Of a stretch of 64,000 nucleotides of DNA, positions 9,399-19,389 are shown one piece after another. A program made the translations under genes and the position numbers. Position 1 is the first letter of the stretch. Each line of letters begins with the position of its first letter. Origin of the DNA: an uncultured delta proteobacterium (GTDB lineage Bacteria; Myxococcota_A; Polyangia; Polyangiales; Polyangiaceae); the NCBI GenBank assembly GCA_963782055.1, contig CAWAIF010000003.1, positions 4,160,001-4,224,000 of the forward strand. The letters run 5' to 3'. The notes below the pieces were generated by a model. That model saw only the letters and a program-made list of their open reading frames with translations. It ran no database searches and had not been told where the DNA came from.

Positions 9399-9887
9399 TC
9401 ACCGGCGAGGCTCGCCCCACAGCGGGATCTCCATCACCAGGCCCCGCGTCGCGTAGCCGAGGCGCTCGTAGAGCTCGCGCGCGCGGGTGTTCCAGCTCCA
9501 GACGTGGAGCTGGACGGCCTCGGCGCCCTTCGAGGCGGCCCAAGCGTGCGCGGCCTCGAGGAGGGCGCGGCCGACGCCGCGGCCCCGGTCGGGCTCGCGC
9601 ACGACGACGCCCTCGACGACGGCGACGCGGCGCGGGACGAAGCCGTCCCCTTCGCGCGGCGGCTTCATCAGGACCTCGACGACGCCCAGCACGGCGCCGT
9701 CCTCGCGCGCGACGAGGAGCGCGCGATCCGGGGAGCGGAGCTGCTCGAGCATCCAGTCCATGGATCGCGTGGGGCCGGTGCGCGGGCGGAAGACGTGGGG
9801 CGTCTTCTCGGCGTGCAGGCGGTCGGACTCGGCGAGCACGTCGCAGACCGCATCGTAGTCGGCGAGGACGGCGGGTTCGACCAGCAT
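9399..9887 (-). CDS. GNAT acetyltransferase copy 2 (intact)
   Basis: 162 aa; [10 protein letters not shown] acetyl-CoA motif; [13 protein letters not shown]. Confidence 0.88.
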   Translation of the reverse strand: MLVEPAVLADYDAVCDVLAESDRLHAEKTPHVFRPRTGPTRSMDWMLEQLRSPDRALLVAREDGAVLGVVEVLMKPPREGDGFVPRRVAVVEGVVVREPDRGRGVGRALLEAAHAWAASKGAEAVQLHVWSWNTRARELYERLGYATRGLVMEIPLWGEPRR

Positions 9888-9930
9888 CGGGAGAAGCTAC
9901 CACCACCGCCCAGGAAGCGGCGGGCGTCGA

Positions 9931-10467
9931 TCACCGCGCGGGGCGCGGATCGGGGCGCGGCAAGGGGACCGCGGGCGCGCCATCGAGGACGCGACCGCTG
10001 CGGCTCATCGCGTAGTGGAGGAGCTGATCGGCGTCGAGCTCGACGGAGAGCATGCTCTCGTCCGAGAACCACGCGTTGGGCCAGTAGATCAGATCGCTCA
10101 CGTTCGCGCCGGGGAAGTTCTCCTCCAGCCAGTCGAGGAAGTAGTCGTGCTCGGCCGGCGGCAGCTCCCCGGCGGCGACGGCCGCGAAGACGTCGCGCGC
10201 CTCGGCGTACGTGAGGTCCGGGGCGCGCGCGGGCGCGTGGGCGAGCGCGTTCTTCACGAAGTGCTTCGTCGAGATCGCGCCGGCGTACGTGCGGAACTCC
10301 GCCGGCGCGTAGGCGCGGGCGGCGCGCGCGTTCCACCGCGCGAGGAGGGCATCCAGCTCCGGCGCCTCGTCGATGGCGGCCTGTTCGATCTGGTGGCAGA
10401 GAGCGACCATCTCGTCGACGTCGCGCTTCGTGGGCTTGACGAAGCGAAGACGGCTCGGGACGGGCAT
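9931..10467 (-). CDS. Bacteriocin (colicin/pyocin) immunity-like protein
   Basis: LTYAEARDVFAAV...EHDYFLDWLEENFPGANVSDLIYWP resembles the Im-protein SDLIYYP motif; N-terminal extension. Confidence 0.6.
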   Translation of the reverse strand: MPVPSRLRFVKPTKRDVDEMVALCHQIEQAAIDEAPELDALLARWNARAARAYAPAEFRTYAGAISTKHFVKNALAHAPARAPDLTYAEARDVFAAVAAGELPPAEHDYFLDWLEENFPGANVSDLIYWPNAWFSDESMLSVELDADQLLHYAMSRSGRVLDGAPAVPLPRPDPRPAR

Positions 10468-10634
10468 GGGCGGAGGATAGCGTCGCCCGGGGTCCTCGGG
10501 CGAGCGCTGCCCCACCCGCGCGTCGATGCGGGACGGCCAGCGCAAGGACGGGCTTCGCGCGTCGCCGGTACGACGTCGTGTCCGGCGGGCCCGCGCGAGC
10601 GCGCGCGCGGGTATCATGACGTCCGGAGGGTCCC

Positions 10635-10880
10635 ATGGGATTCGAGTACAAGATCCGCTTCGACGTGCCGCCTGCCTTCCCCGAGGAGCTGCTCGCCAAG
10701 CGCCCGCCCGATCCGACGATCCCGGGCAGCGAGTGGGTCGAGTACGACTACAAGCTCGAACCGTACGGCTTCTACTTCGTGGACCACGGCGGCAACCGGG
10801 AGACGTCCTCCGTCGCCTTCCGGTGCCTCGTCGACGCGGCGCTGGAGTACGGCGGCGCCGCGGTGATCGAGGAGCTCTGA
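10635..10880 (+). CDS. Small acidic hypothetical protein (immunity-like)
   Basis: SD GGAGG; 81 aa MGFEYKIRF...GFYFVDHGG...VIEEL; good codon bias. Confidence 0.75.
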   Translation: MGFEYKIRFDVPPAFPEELLAKRPPDPTIPGSEWVEYDYKLEPYGFYFVDHGGNRETSSVAFRCLVDAALEYGGAAVIEEL

Positions 10881-10904
10881 CGGCGCCTCTCGAGACCGCC
10901 CGGA

Positions 10905-11010
10905 TCACTTCGACGTCAGCGTCATCACCGTCTGGCCGAAGAAGTATGACCCAGTACACGCTCGTGCCGTCCACGGCGATGTCGCGTGGATCGAGCTGCC
11001 CGGAGGCCGG
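10905..11010 (-). pseudogene. C-terminal remnant of a beta-propeller repeat protein
   Basis: ASGQLDPRDIAVDGTSVYWV, frameshift, then FFGQTVMTLTSK-stop; same IAVD...VFW repeat type as 15569..16590. Confidence 0.5.
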
Positions 11011-11228
11011 CGTGGTGGGACTGGTCCACCGCGACGTGAACCTACGAGCTGCACGGCGCGCCACCACGCCGCACTTCGATCTGACGGCCGGACGCGAGCA
11101 CACACGCGGCGCCGGCGGGGAGGTCGACGCTGGCCTGATCGCGCGAGCCCCGGTGACACGCAGTGGCACACGAGGCCTCGTGATCTCGGAGCCTTGCGCA
11201 GGCACGTGACGTGCTAGCGGTTCCGACC

Positions 11229-11720
11229 ATGCGCACCTGGATACTCCTCTTCGTGCTCGCAGGTTGCGGAGGGACCACCTCCCAGCAGCAGGACTCCGAC
11301 GCCGGGACTCATGACGGCGGCGGCGGCGACGGCGGCTGCATCCAGGCGACGGAGCGCGCGAGCTGCACGAAGGGGGAGCAAGCGTGCTCCATCGGCGGCG
11401 ACGTGTGCTGCACCGGGTTCCTCGACTGCGTGGGCGGCGTGTGGACGAAGGAGTACCCTGGCTGCGCCTGCCAGCCGAACCCCGGCTTCACGTGCGGCTC
11501 CGAGACGTGCTCCGCATTCGACTACTGTTCGGGGCAGCCCGGCGCAGCGGGAGCGGACGGCGGCGTCCCGCCGACCACCTACCAGTGCATGCCGCTGAAC
11601 TCCTGCCAGCAAACGCCGACGTGCGATTGCGTGAAGCAGCTCGGGACGTGCGGGGACGCCGGCGTCTCGAGCTGCGACGACACCAAGGGGCACGTCGAGA
11701 TCACGTGCACGGGGCAGTGA
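11229..11720 (+). CDS. Cys-rich lipoprotein
   Basis: MRTWILLFVLAGC lipobox; DAG linkers; many Cys including PTCDCV. Confidence 0.85.
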   Translation: MRTWILLFVLAGCGGTTSQQQDSDAGTHDGGGGDGGCIQATERASCTKGEQACSIGGDVCCTGFLDCVGGVWTKEYPGCACQPNPGFTCGSETCSAFDYCSGQPGAAGADGGVPPTTYQCMPLNSCQQTPTCDCVKQLGTCGDAGVSSCDDTKGHVEITCTGQ

Positions 11721-11750
11721 TCGGAGGAGCCGCGCCTGCCGCGCCAGCGC

Positions 11751-11918
11751 TCATGGGCGCTTCAGGAACCTCAGGTAGAACGCCCCGAACACCAGGACGA
11801 TGCCGACGTTGACCATCAGCCGCGCCCAGAGTCGGTGCCTGAAGAACAGCAGGTCCACGCCGACCACCACGGTGATCAGCGCCACCACGTAGAGCACGAC
11901 GACTGCCTGTCTCGTCAT
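11751..11918 (-). CDS. Small two-TM membrane protein (55 aa)
   Basis: MTRQAVVVLYVVALITVVVGVDLLFFRHRLWARLMVNVGIVLVFGAFYLRFLKRP; SD-like GAAGGAAG. Confidence 0.75.
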   Translation of the reverse strand: MTRQAVVVLYVVALITVVVGVDLLFFRHRLWARLMVNVGIVLVFGAFYLRFLKRP

Positions 11919-12061
11919 CTTCCTTCGGTCCGTGGCCTCGACTGGTGCAAGGAGCGAGCCGGGAGAGTCCCGGCCGCCTTGAGTGCGCGCGCGCGTGGAT
12001 CTCCGAGGCACGAGCGCAAGCCGCGCGCGGCCGATGCAAGCAGGGCGCGGGACAGCGCCGC

Positions 12062-12199
12062 TCACCAGATGCGGGTGCGGCGCGCGTCGAAGGCGCGGTC
12101 GAGGGCGTCGAATCCCGGGCGGCCGAAGTCGTTGTACTCGACGTTCAGCGAGCGGAGGCGCTGCGGGAGGTCGGAGGCGCAGAGACCACGAGCCGTGGC
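12062..12199 (-). pseudogene. Leucine-rich-repeat protein C-terminal remnant
   Basis: LCASDLPQRLRSLNVEYNDFGRPGFDALDRAF...W-stop has the LxxLxVxxNxFG pattern; no start. Confidence 0.45.
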
Positions 12200-12507
12200 G
12201 CGTGCTGGAGAGTCCCGGGCCGGACGCCGCGAGCCGTCTGGTGGCGGCCGTCGTGCCGATGTCCGCGGGCAGGCGCGACCAGAGCCACTGCTCGCTCCGC
12301 GGCTCAGCGAGGCGCCGCTACGACGTCTCCACCGACTACCACCGCGCCGCGGTCGTCCACGTGAGCCCGACCGGGAGCAACTGCGGCGGCCTGCACGCCC
12401 TCGACGTCCCGGTCACCGTGGACATCGGCCCGAGCCTCTTCTGCCCTCCGATGCACTGATGGGGCCGTCATCCCGGCCGTAGGACGGCATGCCCAGGACG
12501 GCGCCCC

Positions 12508-14073
12508 TCACTCGCAGCGGTCCACCTCCCCCTGAAGCTCGGTCAGGTACGGGTAGCTGTGCGAGAGGGCGCTACGGATCTTCGCCTCCTTCATCATGCG
12601 TCTCGCCTCCGCGCATCTCCCCGCTTCGACGCAGGCGCGCGCCGCGGCCATCGGGACGTACGGCGATTCGGTGTTGGCGGCGACCGCAGCGCGATAGAAG
12701 ACGAGCGCGCCGTCGGGATCGGACTCCATGCGCTCCGCGCCGAGGCCGAGCATCGTCCGGAGGCTGCCCCCCTCGAGCACCGCGGCTCGCACGCAGGCGG
12801 CGTCGTCGTGGGGCGCGCACGCCGGGGTCACCGCGGCGCGCATCCGCCTTGCCAGAAGGATCGCCAGGACCGCGCCCGCGACGGTCGCCACCGCCGCGAC
12901 CGTTCCGCTCGCGGCCCTCGGCCGCGAGGGCACCTTGCCTCCCGCGTCCGCGATGCGATCGTGCGGGTGACCGTGGGTGCCCTTCTCCGAAAGCACCAGC
13001 GGCACCATGTTGGCCTCGTGCATCCTCGCGAGCGCGGACGCGTAGGCTCCAGGGTTGTCCTCGGCGACCTTGGCGAGCCCGTCGGCGCGCTTCTCGAAGT
13101 GCCGGACGAACCTGGGTTTGAAGACCGTGGTCATGAGCGCCAGTCCCACGATCCCGGACGCCACCGCCTGAGTGTCCGAGTACTGATAGAGGGCCGCGAT
13201 CCCGATCAGCCCGATCTCCGGGATCCACGCGACCGCCCTGCGCACGCGCCACACGGTCGCGCCCTCCGCGAGGTGGGCGAGCTCGTGCGCTGCGAGGGCA
13301 TCGAGCTCGTCGTCGGTCAAGAGTTCGATCGCGTCCGTCGTGAAGCCGATGAGCCCCTGCTTCGAGGACCGGAACGCATACGCGTTGACCACCGGCCACC
13401 GCACCTCGAACACCGAGGGCGGTGACACGCCCATGGCCGCAGCGCGCGCCGCCACCATCGCCACGAGCCGCTGCGGCGCCGGCCGCACGATGCCCAGGAG
13501 CTTCACGATGAGCCAGCGGAGAAGGACTCCTACCGCGATGGCCACGACCGCGGCGAGCACCGGCGGCAGACCGACGCGCACATCGACCATGAGCACCAGA
13601 AGAAGGAGCGGCAACAAGAAGCGAACGCGGACGAGGTGCACTGCCATACCCAGGAGCCACCGGCCCGGACCGAAGGGGCGGCGCAGCGCCGCGCGCTCGG
13701 CGAGGATGCGAGCCGGCACCGCGGCGGCGAAGGCGACGACGGTGACGGCCTGGACCACCAGATCCCCCCGGACGACCGTGAGGGGCCCGACGGACTTCGC
13801 GAGGTCGATGGCAAGCACGGCGGGGATGGCGACGAGAAGCGCCATGGACGCCACCCGCCCGACGTACGTGCGACGCGCGTGCTCCCACCACGGCGCGCCC
13901 GGAGGGCTGCGCCATGGGCGTAGCGCCACCTGCGTGGTCAGCGTCGAGGCGATCAGCGACGCGAGGAAGGCGATGGGCAGGACGATGAGCGCGCCGTACC
14001 CTGCAGTCGGTGGCAACAGGGCCCGTGCGGCATCCAGTGACGGGTCATGCACCTTCACCCATGCTGCCGGCAA
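12508..14073 (-). CDS. M48-family membrane Zn metalloprotease with TPR-like C-terminus
   Basis: NAYAF, LTDDELDALAAHELAH, EKRAD, HGHPHDRI; multiple TM helices; start uncertain. Confidence 0.85.
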   Translation of the reverse strand: MPAAWVKVHDPSLDAARALLPPTAGYGALIVLPIAFLASLIASTLTTQVALRPWRSPPGAPWWEHARRTYVGRVASMALLVAIPAVLAIDLAKSVGPLTVVRGDLVVQAVTVVAFAAAVPARILAERAALRRPFGPGRWLLGMAVHLVRVRFLLPLLLLVLMVDVRVGLPPVLAAVVAIAVGVLLRWLIVKLLGIVRPAPQRLVAMVAARAAAMGVSPPSVFEVRWPVVNAYAFRSSKQGLIGFTTDAIELLTDDELDALAAHELAHLAEGATVWRVRRAVAWIPEIGLIGIAALYQYSDTQAVASGIVGLALMTTVFKPRFVRHFEKRADGLAKVAEDNPGAYASALARMHEANMVPLVLSEKGTHGHPHDRIADAGGKVPSRPRAASGTVAAVATVAGAVLAILLARRMRAAVTPACAPHDDAACVRAAVLEGGSLRTMLGLGAERMESDPDGALVFYRAAVAANTESPYVPMAAARACVEAGRCAEARRMMKEAKIRSALSHSYPYLTELQGEVDRCE

Positions 14074-14174
14074 GCGCGAACGCCGTCAACACCATACCAG
14101 AGGAGGCGGAGTACGAGCGGATGGACTCCGGGTTTCGGCAGCCGCACCCGTCCCCCCGCTGATACCCTGTCCCT

Positions 14175-15404
14175 GTGTGGCGGCTGGTGCCCCCTTTCCT
14201 CGTCCTGCCGCTCGCCCTGTCCTGCGGTGGCCGCACGGGTCTCGGCGTGGTTCGTCACGACGTCGAGGACTCCGGACCGGACGCGCCTGCCCGTGACGCC
14301 GCGCCCGACTCGCCGCCGCCCGTCGACGCCGGCGTGGTCATCACGCCGTCCATCTCGGTCGGCGAGGACGCGGCGTGCGTGGTGCAGCCGACGGGCGACG
14401 TGAAGTGCTGGGGGCAGGCCCCCATCGGCGACGGCACGGAGGACGCGGCGCCGACGGCGCGGAGCATCGGCGTGGCCGGACGGGTGGCGCAGATCGCGGT
14501 GCTCGGCCGGACCGGCGCGCTGAGGATGGACACCGGCGCCGTCCGCTCCTGGGGATCGAAGGACTCGCCGTCCCTCGGGCTGGGCCTGGACGCGGGCACC
14601 TGGGCCGACGACGCGGGCAACGTGACGAGTCCGGTGGACGTGAGCCTGCTCGGAACGGACACGACGGATTTGTCGGGTGCCGCGCAGCACGGCTACGGTC
14701 GCGCGTGCGCCATCCTGGTCGACGGCGGCGTCCAGTGCTGGGGAATCGATCCGCAGCCCGCGTACGGACTGAACGGTCCGATCGTCCAGACGGCGGAGAG
14801 CGAGAGCTTCACGTGTGCCCTCCGCGCGGAGGGGAGCATCCAGTGCTGGGGCGCCAACGACCACGGGCAGCTCGGCGACGGGACCACCGAGTATGCGGCG
14901 GTCGAGTCGCCCGCGACGGTCGCCGGCATCACCGACGCGGTGGCCATCGCCGTGGGGCTGGGGCACGCCTGTGCGCTGCGCGCCGGTGGCGAGGTGGAGT
15001 GCTGGGGGAGCAGCGCGCTCGGCCAGCTCGGGGACGGCGATCCAGGTGACGGCGATCCGGATCAGTTCAGCGCGCTCCCCGTGCAGGTCGTCGGTCTGGG
15101 CGGGCCGGTCGCCAGGCTGCGCGCCTCCACCGAGGACACCTGCGCCGTGCTGGCCGATGGCCGGTTGCAGTGCTGGGGCGACAACCGCGACGGCGACCTG
15201 GGCGACGGGACCAGCATCACGCGCTTTGCGCCGTCCGACGTCGTCGACCTCGCCGGACCGGTGGTGGACGTGGGCATGGGGAACCGCCGCGCGTGCGCGC
15301 TGCTCGCCGACGGCCGCGCGCAGTGCTGGGGAAGGGCGCCGCTCGGCACGGGGAGCCTCACGCAGACGAGCAAGGTGCCCGTGACGGTCGTGGGCCTCCC
15401 TTGA
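14175..15404 (+). CDS. RCC1-repeat lipoprotein
   Basis: Lipobox ALSC; repeated CAL.ADG..QCWG.N..GQLGDG. Confidence 0.9.
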   Translation: MWRLVPPFLVLPLALSCGGRTGLGVVRHDVEDSGPDAPARDAAPDSPPPVDAGVVITPSISVGEDAACVVQPTGDVKCWGQAPIGDGTEDAAPTARSIGVAGRVAQIAVLGRTGALRMDTGAVRSWGSKDSPSLGLGLDAGTWADDAGNVTSPVDVSLLGTDTTDLSGAAQHGYGRACAILVDGGVQCWGIDPQPAYGLNGPIVQTAESESFTCALRAEGSIQCWGANDHGQLGDGTTEYAAVESPATVAGITDAVAIAVGLGHACALRAGGEVECWGSSALGQLGDGDPGDGDPDQFSALPVQVVGLGGPVARLRASTEDTCAVLADGRLQCWGDNRDGDLGDGTSITRFAPSDVVDLAGPVVDVGMGNRRACALLADGRAQCWGRAPLGTGSLTQTSKVPVTVVGLP

Positions 15405-15568
15405 AGGTCCCCGCACCGGCGACGGAACCACTGACCCTGCTCACCGCTTCTTGCGCCGCGCGCGGCGGTCGGGATCCTCGACCTGCTGACGGGCGCCTGG
15501 CACACGCTGTGTCACCCGCGCCCCGCGCGCCGTTGCAATCGCCGGGCGCCCGCCGCACCATCGTGCCG

Positions 15569-16590
15569 ATGCCACGCCACGCCGCGCTGCTCGTGCTGCT
15601 CGCCGGCTGCGGTGCGCGCACGGAGCTCGGGCACCCGCTGCGCGCGAGCCGCGAGAACGCCGGCGCCGACGGCGCGCCGCTGGGCCCGTGCGTCGACCAG
15701 GACATCGCCCACGATCCGACGGGCGCCGCCGCCATCGCCGTGGACGGCGACACCGTCTTCTGGACCACTACCAACGGCCAGCTCTGGCGCCACGACGCCT
15801 CCGGCAACACCAAGCTCGCCGACGACGCCTACTCCTTCTCGCTGGCGCTCGACGCGACCTACGTCTACGCGCCCTCGAGCGACGGCACGCGGATCTGGGC
15901 GGTGCCGCGCGCCGGCGGCCCGCTCGTCACCCGCGTGCCGGACCTGCAGGGTGCCTTCGCCGTCGTCCTCCGCGACGACACCTTCTACGTCGAGCAGCAG
16001 AAGTCCATCGTGTCGGTCGGCCCGGTGGAGGCCCCGGCCCAGCGGACGACGATCCTCGACGGCCTCGACGGGCCGGAGGGCTTCGCCGTCGACGACGAGA
16101 ACGTCTACGTCGTCGCCACCACCGCCAGCGTCGGGGGCAAGGTCGTCACGCGGCCGGTGCTCTCCGCGGACCGCGCGCTCTCCTCGACGCAGCGGACGCC
16201 CACCGTGCTCGCCACGACGGTCACGTCGGTCGCCGGGCTCGCGGTGAGCGCCACAGACGTCTACTTCGCCGACGTGGACGCCGGCTACGTCGTCTTCGCG
16301 GTCCCGAAGGGGGCGGCGCCGTCACGCCGATCGTCCCGGGCGCGGGGGAGTCGCCGCAGGACGTCTTCGTCGACGAGAGCGGCGTGTACGTCGTCTCGGA
16401 GATCGACCCGTCGCTCTACGACATCGACCACGCATCGCTCGACGGCTCGAGCCACGACGTCTTCTTCGAGGGCGACATCGACGAGGCCGTCTTCCGGATC
16501 CACGCGAGCGCCGACGCCATCTTCTACACGATGGAGTTCGGCGCCAGCCCGTCCATCGAGGGCGTGAGCGTGCGCAAGCGGTGCAAGTGA
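15569..16590 (+). pseudogene. Beta-propeller lipoprotein with a single-base frameshift in a G run (16309-16313)
   Basis: Lipobox LAGC; IAVDGDTVFW-type repeats; frame changes at VPKG/GGAVTPIV and continues to RKRCK-stop; one extra G restores it. Confidence 0.75.
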
Positions 16591-16645
16591 GGGCGCCGCG
16601 CCGCGAGCCCGCCTCGGTCGACGCTTGGTGACGCCGGAAGCCCGG

Positions 16646-17356
16646 TCACTCCGCGCGGAGCGGCGCGGTCTGGAGCACGAGCGCCTGCACCGCGGGAGAG
16701 AGCGAGTCGAAGTAGGCGCGCTCCGCCGGGTCGAGCGCGCGACCCTGCCGGAAGCTCACCTGCAGGGCCGTCCCGCCCCTGACGACGTGCACGATCCGCT
16801 CGCCGTTCCAGCACGCCTCCACCTGGTCTGCGTCCCGCGTCGGGACGAACCAGTAGAGGACCGAGCCGCGGCGGCCGAGCGCGCGGTTGCGGAGCCAGCC
16901 CACCGGAGGCGCCTCCCGGACGACGCCGTGGCGCGGCGACCTCGGCGTCCTGCGCAGGACGCCGTGCCGGTCGACGAAGTACTCCGCCCACGGGCGCTCG
17001 GTGTCGTGCGGGCTCGTCACGACGTCGCGGAGAAGGTGGTCGAAGAGTATGTGCCGCCCCGCGGTGGTGCGCGTGTCGAAGCGCTCCGCCATCAGGGCGC
17101 GCGTCTTGTTCCAGGACTTGCCGACGCGCGAGTCCAGGAAGCGGTACGCGGGCGCGAGCTTGTCGTGAAACTGCCGGCGCACGCGCGGCCGCCGCGGCTC
17201 CACGGTCTCCATCGCCGTCTCCGGGTCGAGCCGCAGCGTCCCGGCGCGCGCACGGGCGCGGGCGCGCTCGACCGTGTGCGAGTGCCTGCGCTCGAAGCTG
17301 TTGTGGCGATGTCTCCCGCCCTCGATGACCGAGCGCGAGAGGTCCTTGGTGGCCAT
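16646..17356 (-). CDS. Arg-rich hypothetical protein
   Basis: MATKDLSRSVIEGGR...FHDKLAPAYRFLDSRVGKSWNK...FDTRTTAGRHILFDHLL; good codon bias. Confidence 0.75.
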   Translation of the reverse strand: MATKDLSRSVIEGGRHRHNSFERRHSHTVERARARARAGTLRLDPETAMETVEPRRPRVRRQFHDKLAPAYRFLDSRVGKSWNKTRALMAERFDTRTTAGRHILFDHLLRDVVTSPHDTERPWAEYFVDRHGVLRRTPRSPRHGVVREAPPVGWLRNRALGRRGSVLYWFVPTRDADQVEACWNGERIVHVVRGGTALQVSFRQGRALDPAERAYFDSLSPAVQALVLQTAPLRAE

Positions 17357-17420
17357 GACACTCGCTGACGCGTGCCGGACGCCGGGCTGACGGATCCTCG
17401 CGTCGAACGGCGGCCGGCCC

Positions 17421-18413
17421 TCACCGCTGGTTGATCGAATTGGGCCCGCGCTCCTCGTTGCGATCGGTCGCGGGGGGCGGCTCCGGCGAGAGCGCGGCGA
17501 TCCGCGCGTAGAGCTCCGGCGTCATGGCGAAGTCCGCCGCGGCGAGGGAGTCCGCGAGCTGCGCGGTGTCCCGGGCGCCGATGATGGGCGCGGTCACGCC
17601 CGGATGCGCGGCGACCCAGGCGACGGCGAGCGTCGCCGGCTTCACGCCCACCTCGCGCGCCAGCGCGACGAACGCCTCGGTGGTGTCCTCGTAGGAGCCT
17701 GCGGCGTAGCGCGCCCGGTACATCTTCACACGATGGAGGCGCGAGGTCTCCGTCGCCTGGCCGGTGAGGTACTTGCCGGTGAGGATCCCGCCGGCGAGCG
17801 GGGAGTACGGGAAGACCGCGAGGCCCTCGCTCCGCGCCATCGGCAGGATCTCCACCTCCGCCTGGCGCTTGAGCAGGTTGTACATCGGCTGCAGCGCGCT
17901 GAACGCCGTCCAGTGGTGGAGCGCGGACAGGCCCAGTGACTTGGCGACCTGCCACGCGGCGAAGTTGGAGGCGCCGGTGTACAGGACCTTGCCCGCGCGG
18001 ACGAGGTCCTCGAGCGCGCGGAGGGTCTGCGCCAGGTCGGCGCGGTCGTCGAAGCGGTGGACGTAGAAGAGGTCGACGAAGTCCGTCTGCAGGCGGCGCA
18101 GGGACGCCTCCAGGGCGAGGACGAGGTGGCGCCGGGAGGCGCCGCGATCGTTGGGTGCGCCGGAGGTCGGGAAGTAGGCCTTGGTGGCGAGGACGACATC
18201 CCGACGATGGGTCTTCGTGAGGCGGCCCAGAATCTCCTCCGAGGCACCGCCCGTGTAGACGTCGGCGGTGTCGAAGAAGGTGACGCCGGCGTCGCGGCAC
18301 GCCTGGTAGAGCCTGGTGGAAGTGGCCTCGTCCGCGTCGCCGCCGAAGGACATGGTGCCGTAGCAGAGGCGGGAGACCTCGATGCCGGTGTTCCCGAGGA
18401 AGGTCGTCTTCAT
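17421..18413 (-). CDS. Aldo/keto reductase
   Basis: LCYGTMSFG, DTADVY, SLRRLQTDFVDLFYVH, YSPLAGG. Confidence 0.93.
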   Translation of the reverse strand: MKTTFLGNTGIEVSRLCYGTMSFGGDADEATSTRLYQACRDAGVTFFDTADVYTGGASEEILGRLTKTHRRDVVLATKAYFPTSGAPNDRGASRRHLVLALEASLRRLQTDFVDLFYVHRFDDRADLAQTLRALEDLVRAGKVLYTGASNFAAWQVAKSLGLSALHHWTAFSALQPMYNLLKRQAEVEILPMARSEGLAVFPYSPLAGGILTGKYLTGQATETSRLHRVKMYRARYAAGSYEDTTEAFVALAREVGVKPATLAVAWVAAHPGVTAPIIGARDTAQLADSLAAADFAMTPELYARIAALSPEPPPATDRNEERGPNSINQR

Positions 18414-18473
18414 GGTGCGGCGCACCGTAGCGGAACGAGCGGTACCGGGAGAACGAGGACCGACGGCGACGGA

Positions 18474-19352
18474 TCAGCGAGGCGCGGCGAGCGCCCGCGC
18501 GAGGGCCTGCGACGCCGTGAGGACGTCGGGGAACCGATCCTGCCCGCGCTTCGCGAGCATCCTCGCCACCACCTCGCCCACCGCGGCGGGCAGCTCCGGC
18601 GCGACGTCGGAGAGCGGCGGCGGCGGCGTGCGGATCTGCATCTGGACCATCTCCAGCGGCGACTTCGCCTTGAAGGGGCGCCGCCCCGCGAGCATCTCGA
18701 ACACCATGACCCCGTACGCATACTGGTCAGCCAGCGTGTCGACCGGTTGCCCCATGCACTGCTCCGGTGGCATGTACTCCGGCGTCCCGAACACCGCGCC
18801 CTTGCGCGTGAGCGGCGTGCCGGGCGCGCCGACGAGCAGGCGCGCCATGCCGAAGTCGAGCACCTTGATGAACGGCTTCTCGGGCGAGGGCCAGGAGACG
18901 AGGACGTTCTCCGGCTTCAGATCGCGGTGGACGACGCCGAAGGAGTGGGCGCTCGCGAGCGCCTCGGCGAGCTGGGTCGCGATCTCGGCGACGCCGTGGG
19001 ATGGGACCCGATCGACACGCTTGAGCATGCTGCGCAGCGTCTCGCCCTCCACGTACTCCATCACGAGGCACATGTCGCCCTCGGGCGAGCGGCCGAAGCC
19101 CAGGGCGCGCACGATGTGCTCGTGGGTGAGCACCGTCATGGCGGTGGCCTCGCGGTCGAACCGCGCGAGCACCTCCGGGTCGGTCGCGACGTCCTTCTTC
19201 AACAGCTTGAGCGCGACGCGCATCCCCAGCGTCAGGTCCCTGGCCAGGTACACCGCCCCAATCCCACCCTCCCCGAGCGTCGAGAGGATCTCGTAGCGCT
19301 GGCCGATCACCGTACCGACGCGGTCTTCGAGGACTTCGGGCATCGGGACCAT
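18474..19352 (-). CDS. Hanks-type Ser/Thr kinase (kinase domain only)
   Basis: LGEGGIGAVY, VALK, HRDLKPEN, DFG, GTPEYMPPE. Confidence 0.93.
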   Translation of the reverse strand: MVPMPEVLEDRVGTVIGQRYEILSTLGEGGIGAVYLARDLTLGMRVALKLLKKDVATDPEVLARFDREATAMTVLTHEHIVRALGFGRSPEGDMCLVMEYVEGETLRSMLKRVDRVPSHGVAEIATQLAEALASAHSFGVVHRDLKPENVLVSWPSPEKPFIKVLDFGMARLLVGAPGTPLTRKGAVFGTPEYMPPEQCMGQPVDTLADQYAYGVMVFEMLAGRRPFKAKSPLEMVQMQIRTPPPPLSDVAPELPAAVGEVVARMLAKRGQDRFPDVLTASQALARALAAPR

Positions 19353-19389
19353 CCTACACGAAGGAGGCTCGCCTCCTCGACCTGCTCAC

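Larger units (their letters stand above)
9173..9904. repeat. Direct duplication copy B (GNAT + truncated SEC-C)
   Basis: Aligns with 5424..6160; homology stops right after the CPCGST codons. Confidence 0.92.

Noticed and set aside
4526..12500. Integron cassette array or CRISPR as the explanation for the small-gene patchwork
   Set aside because: No integrase, no recurring attC-like or equally spaced repeats, and mixed gene orientations
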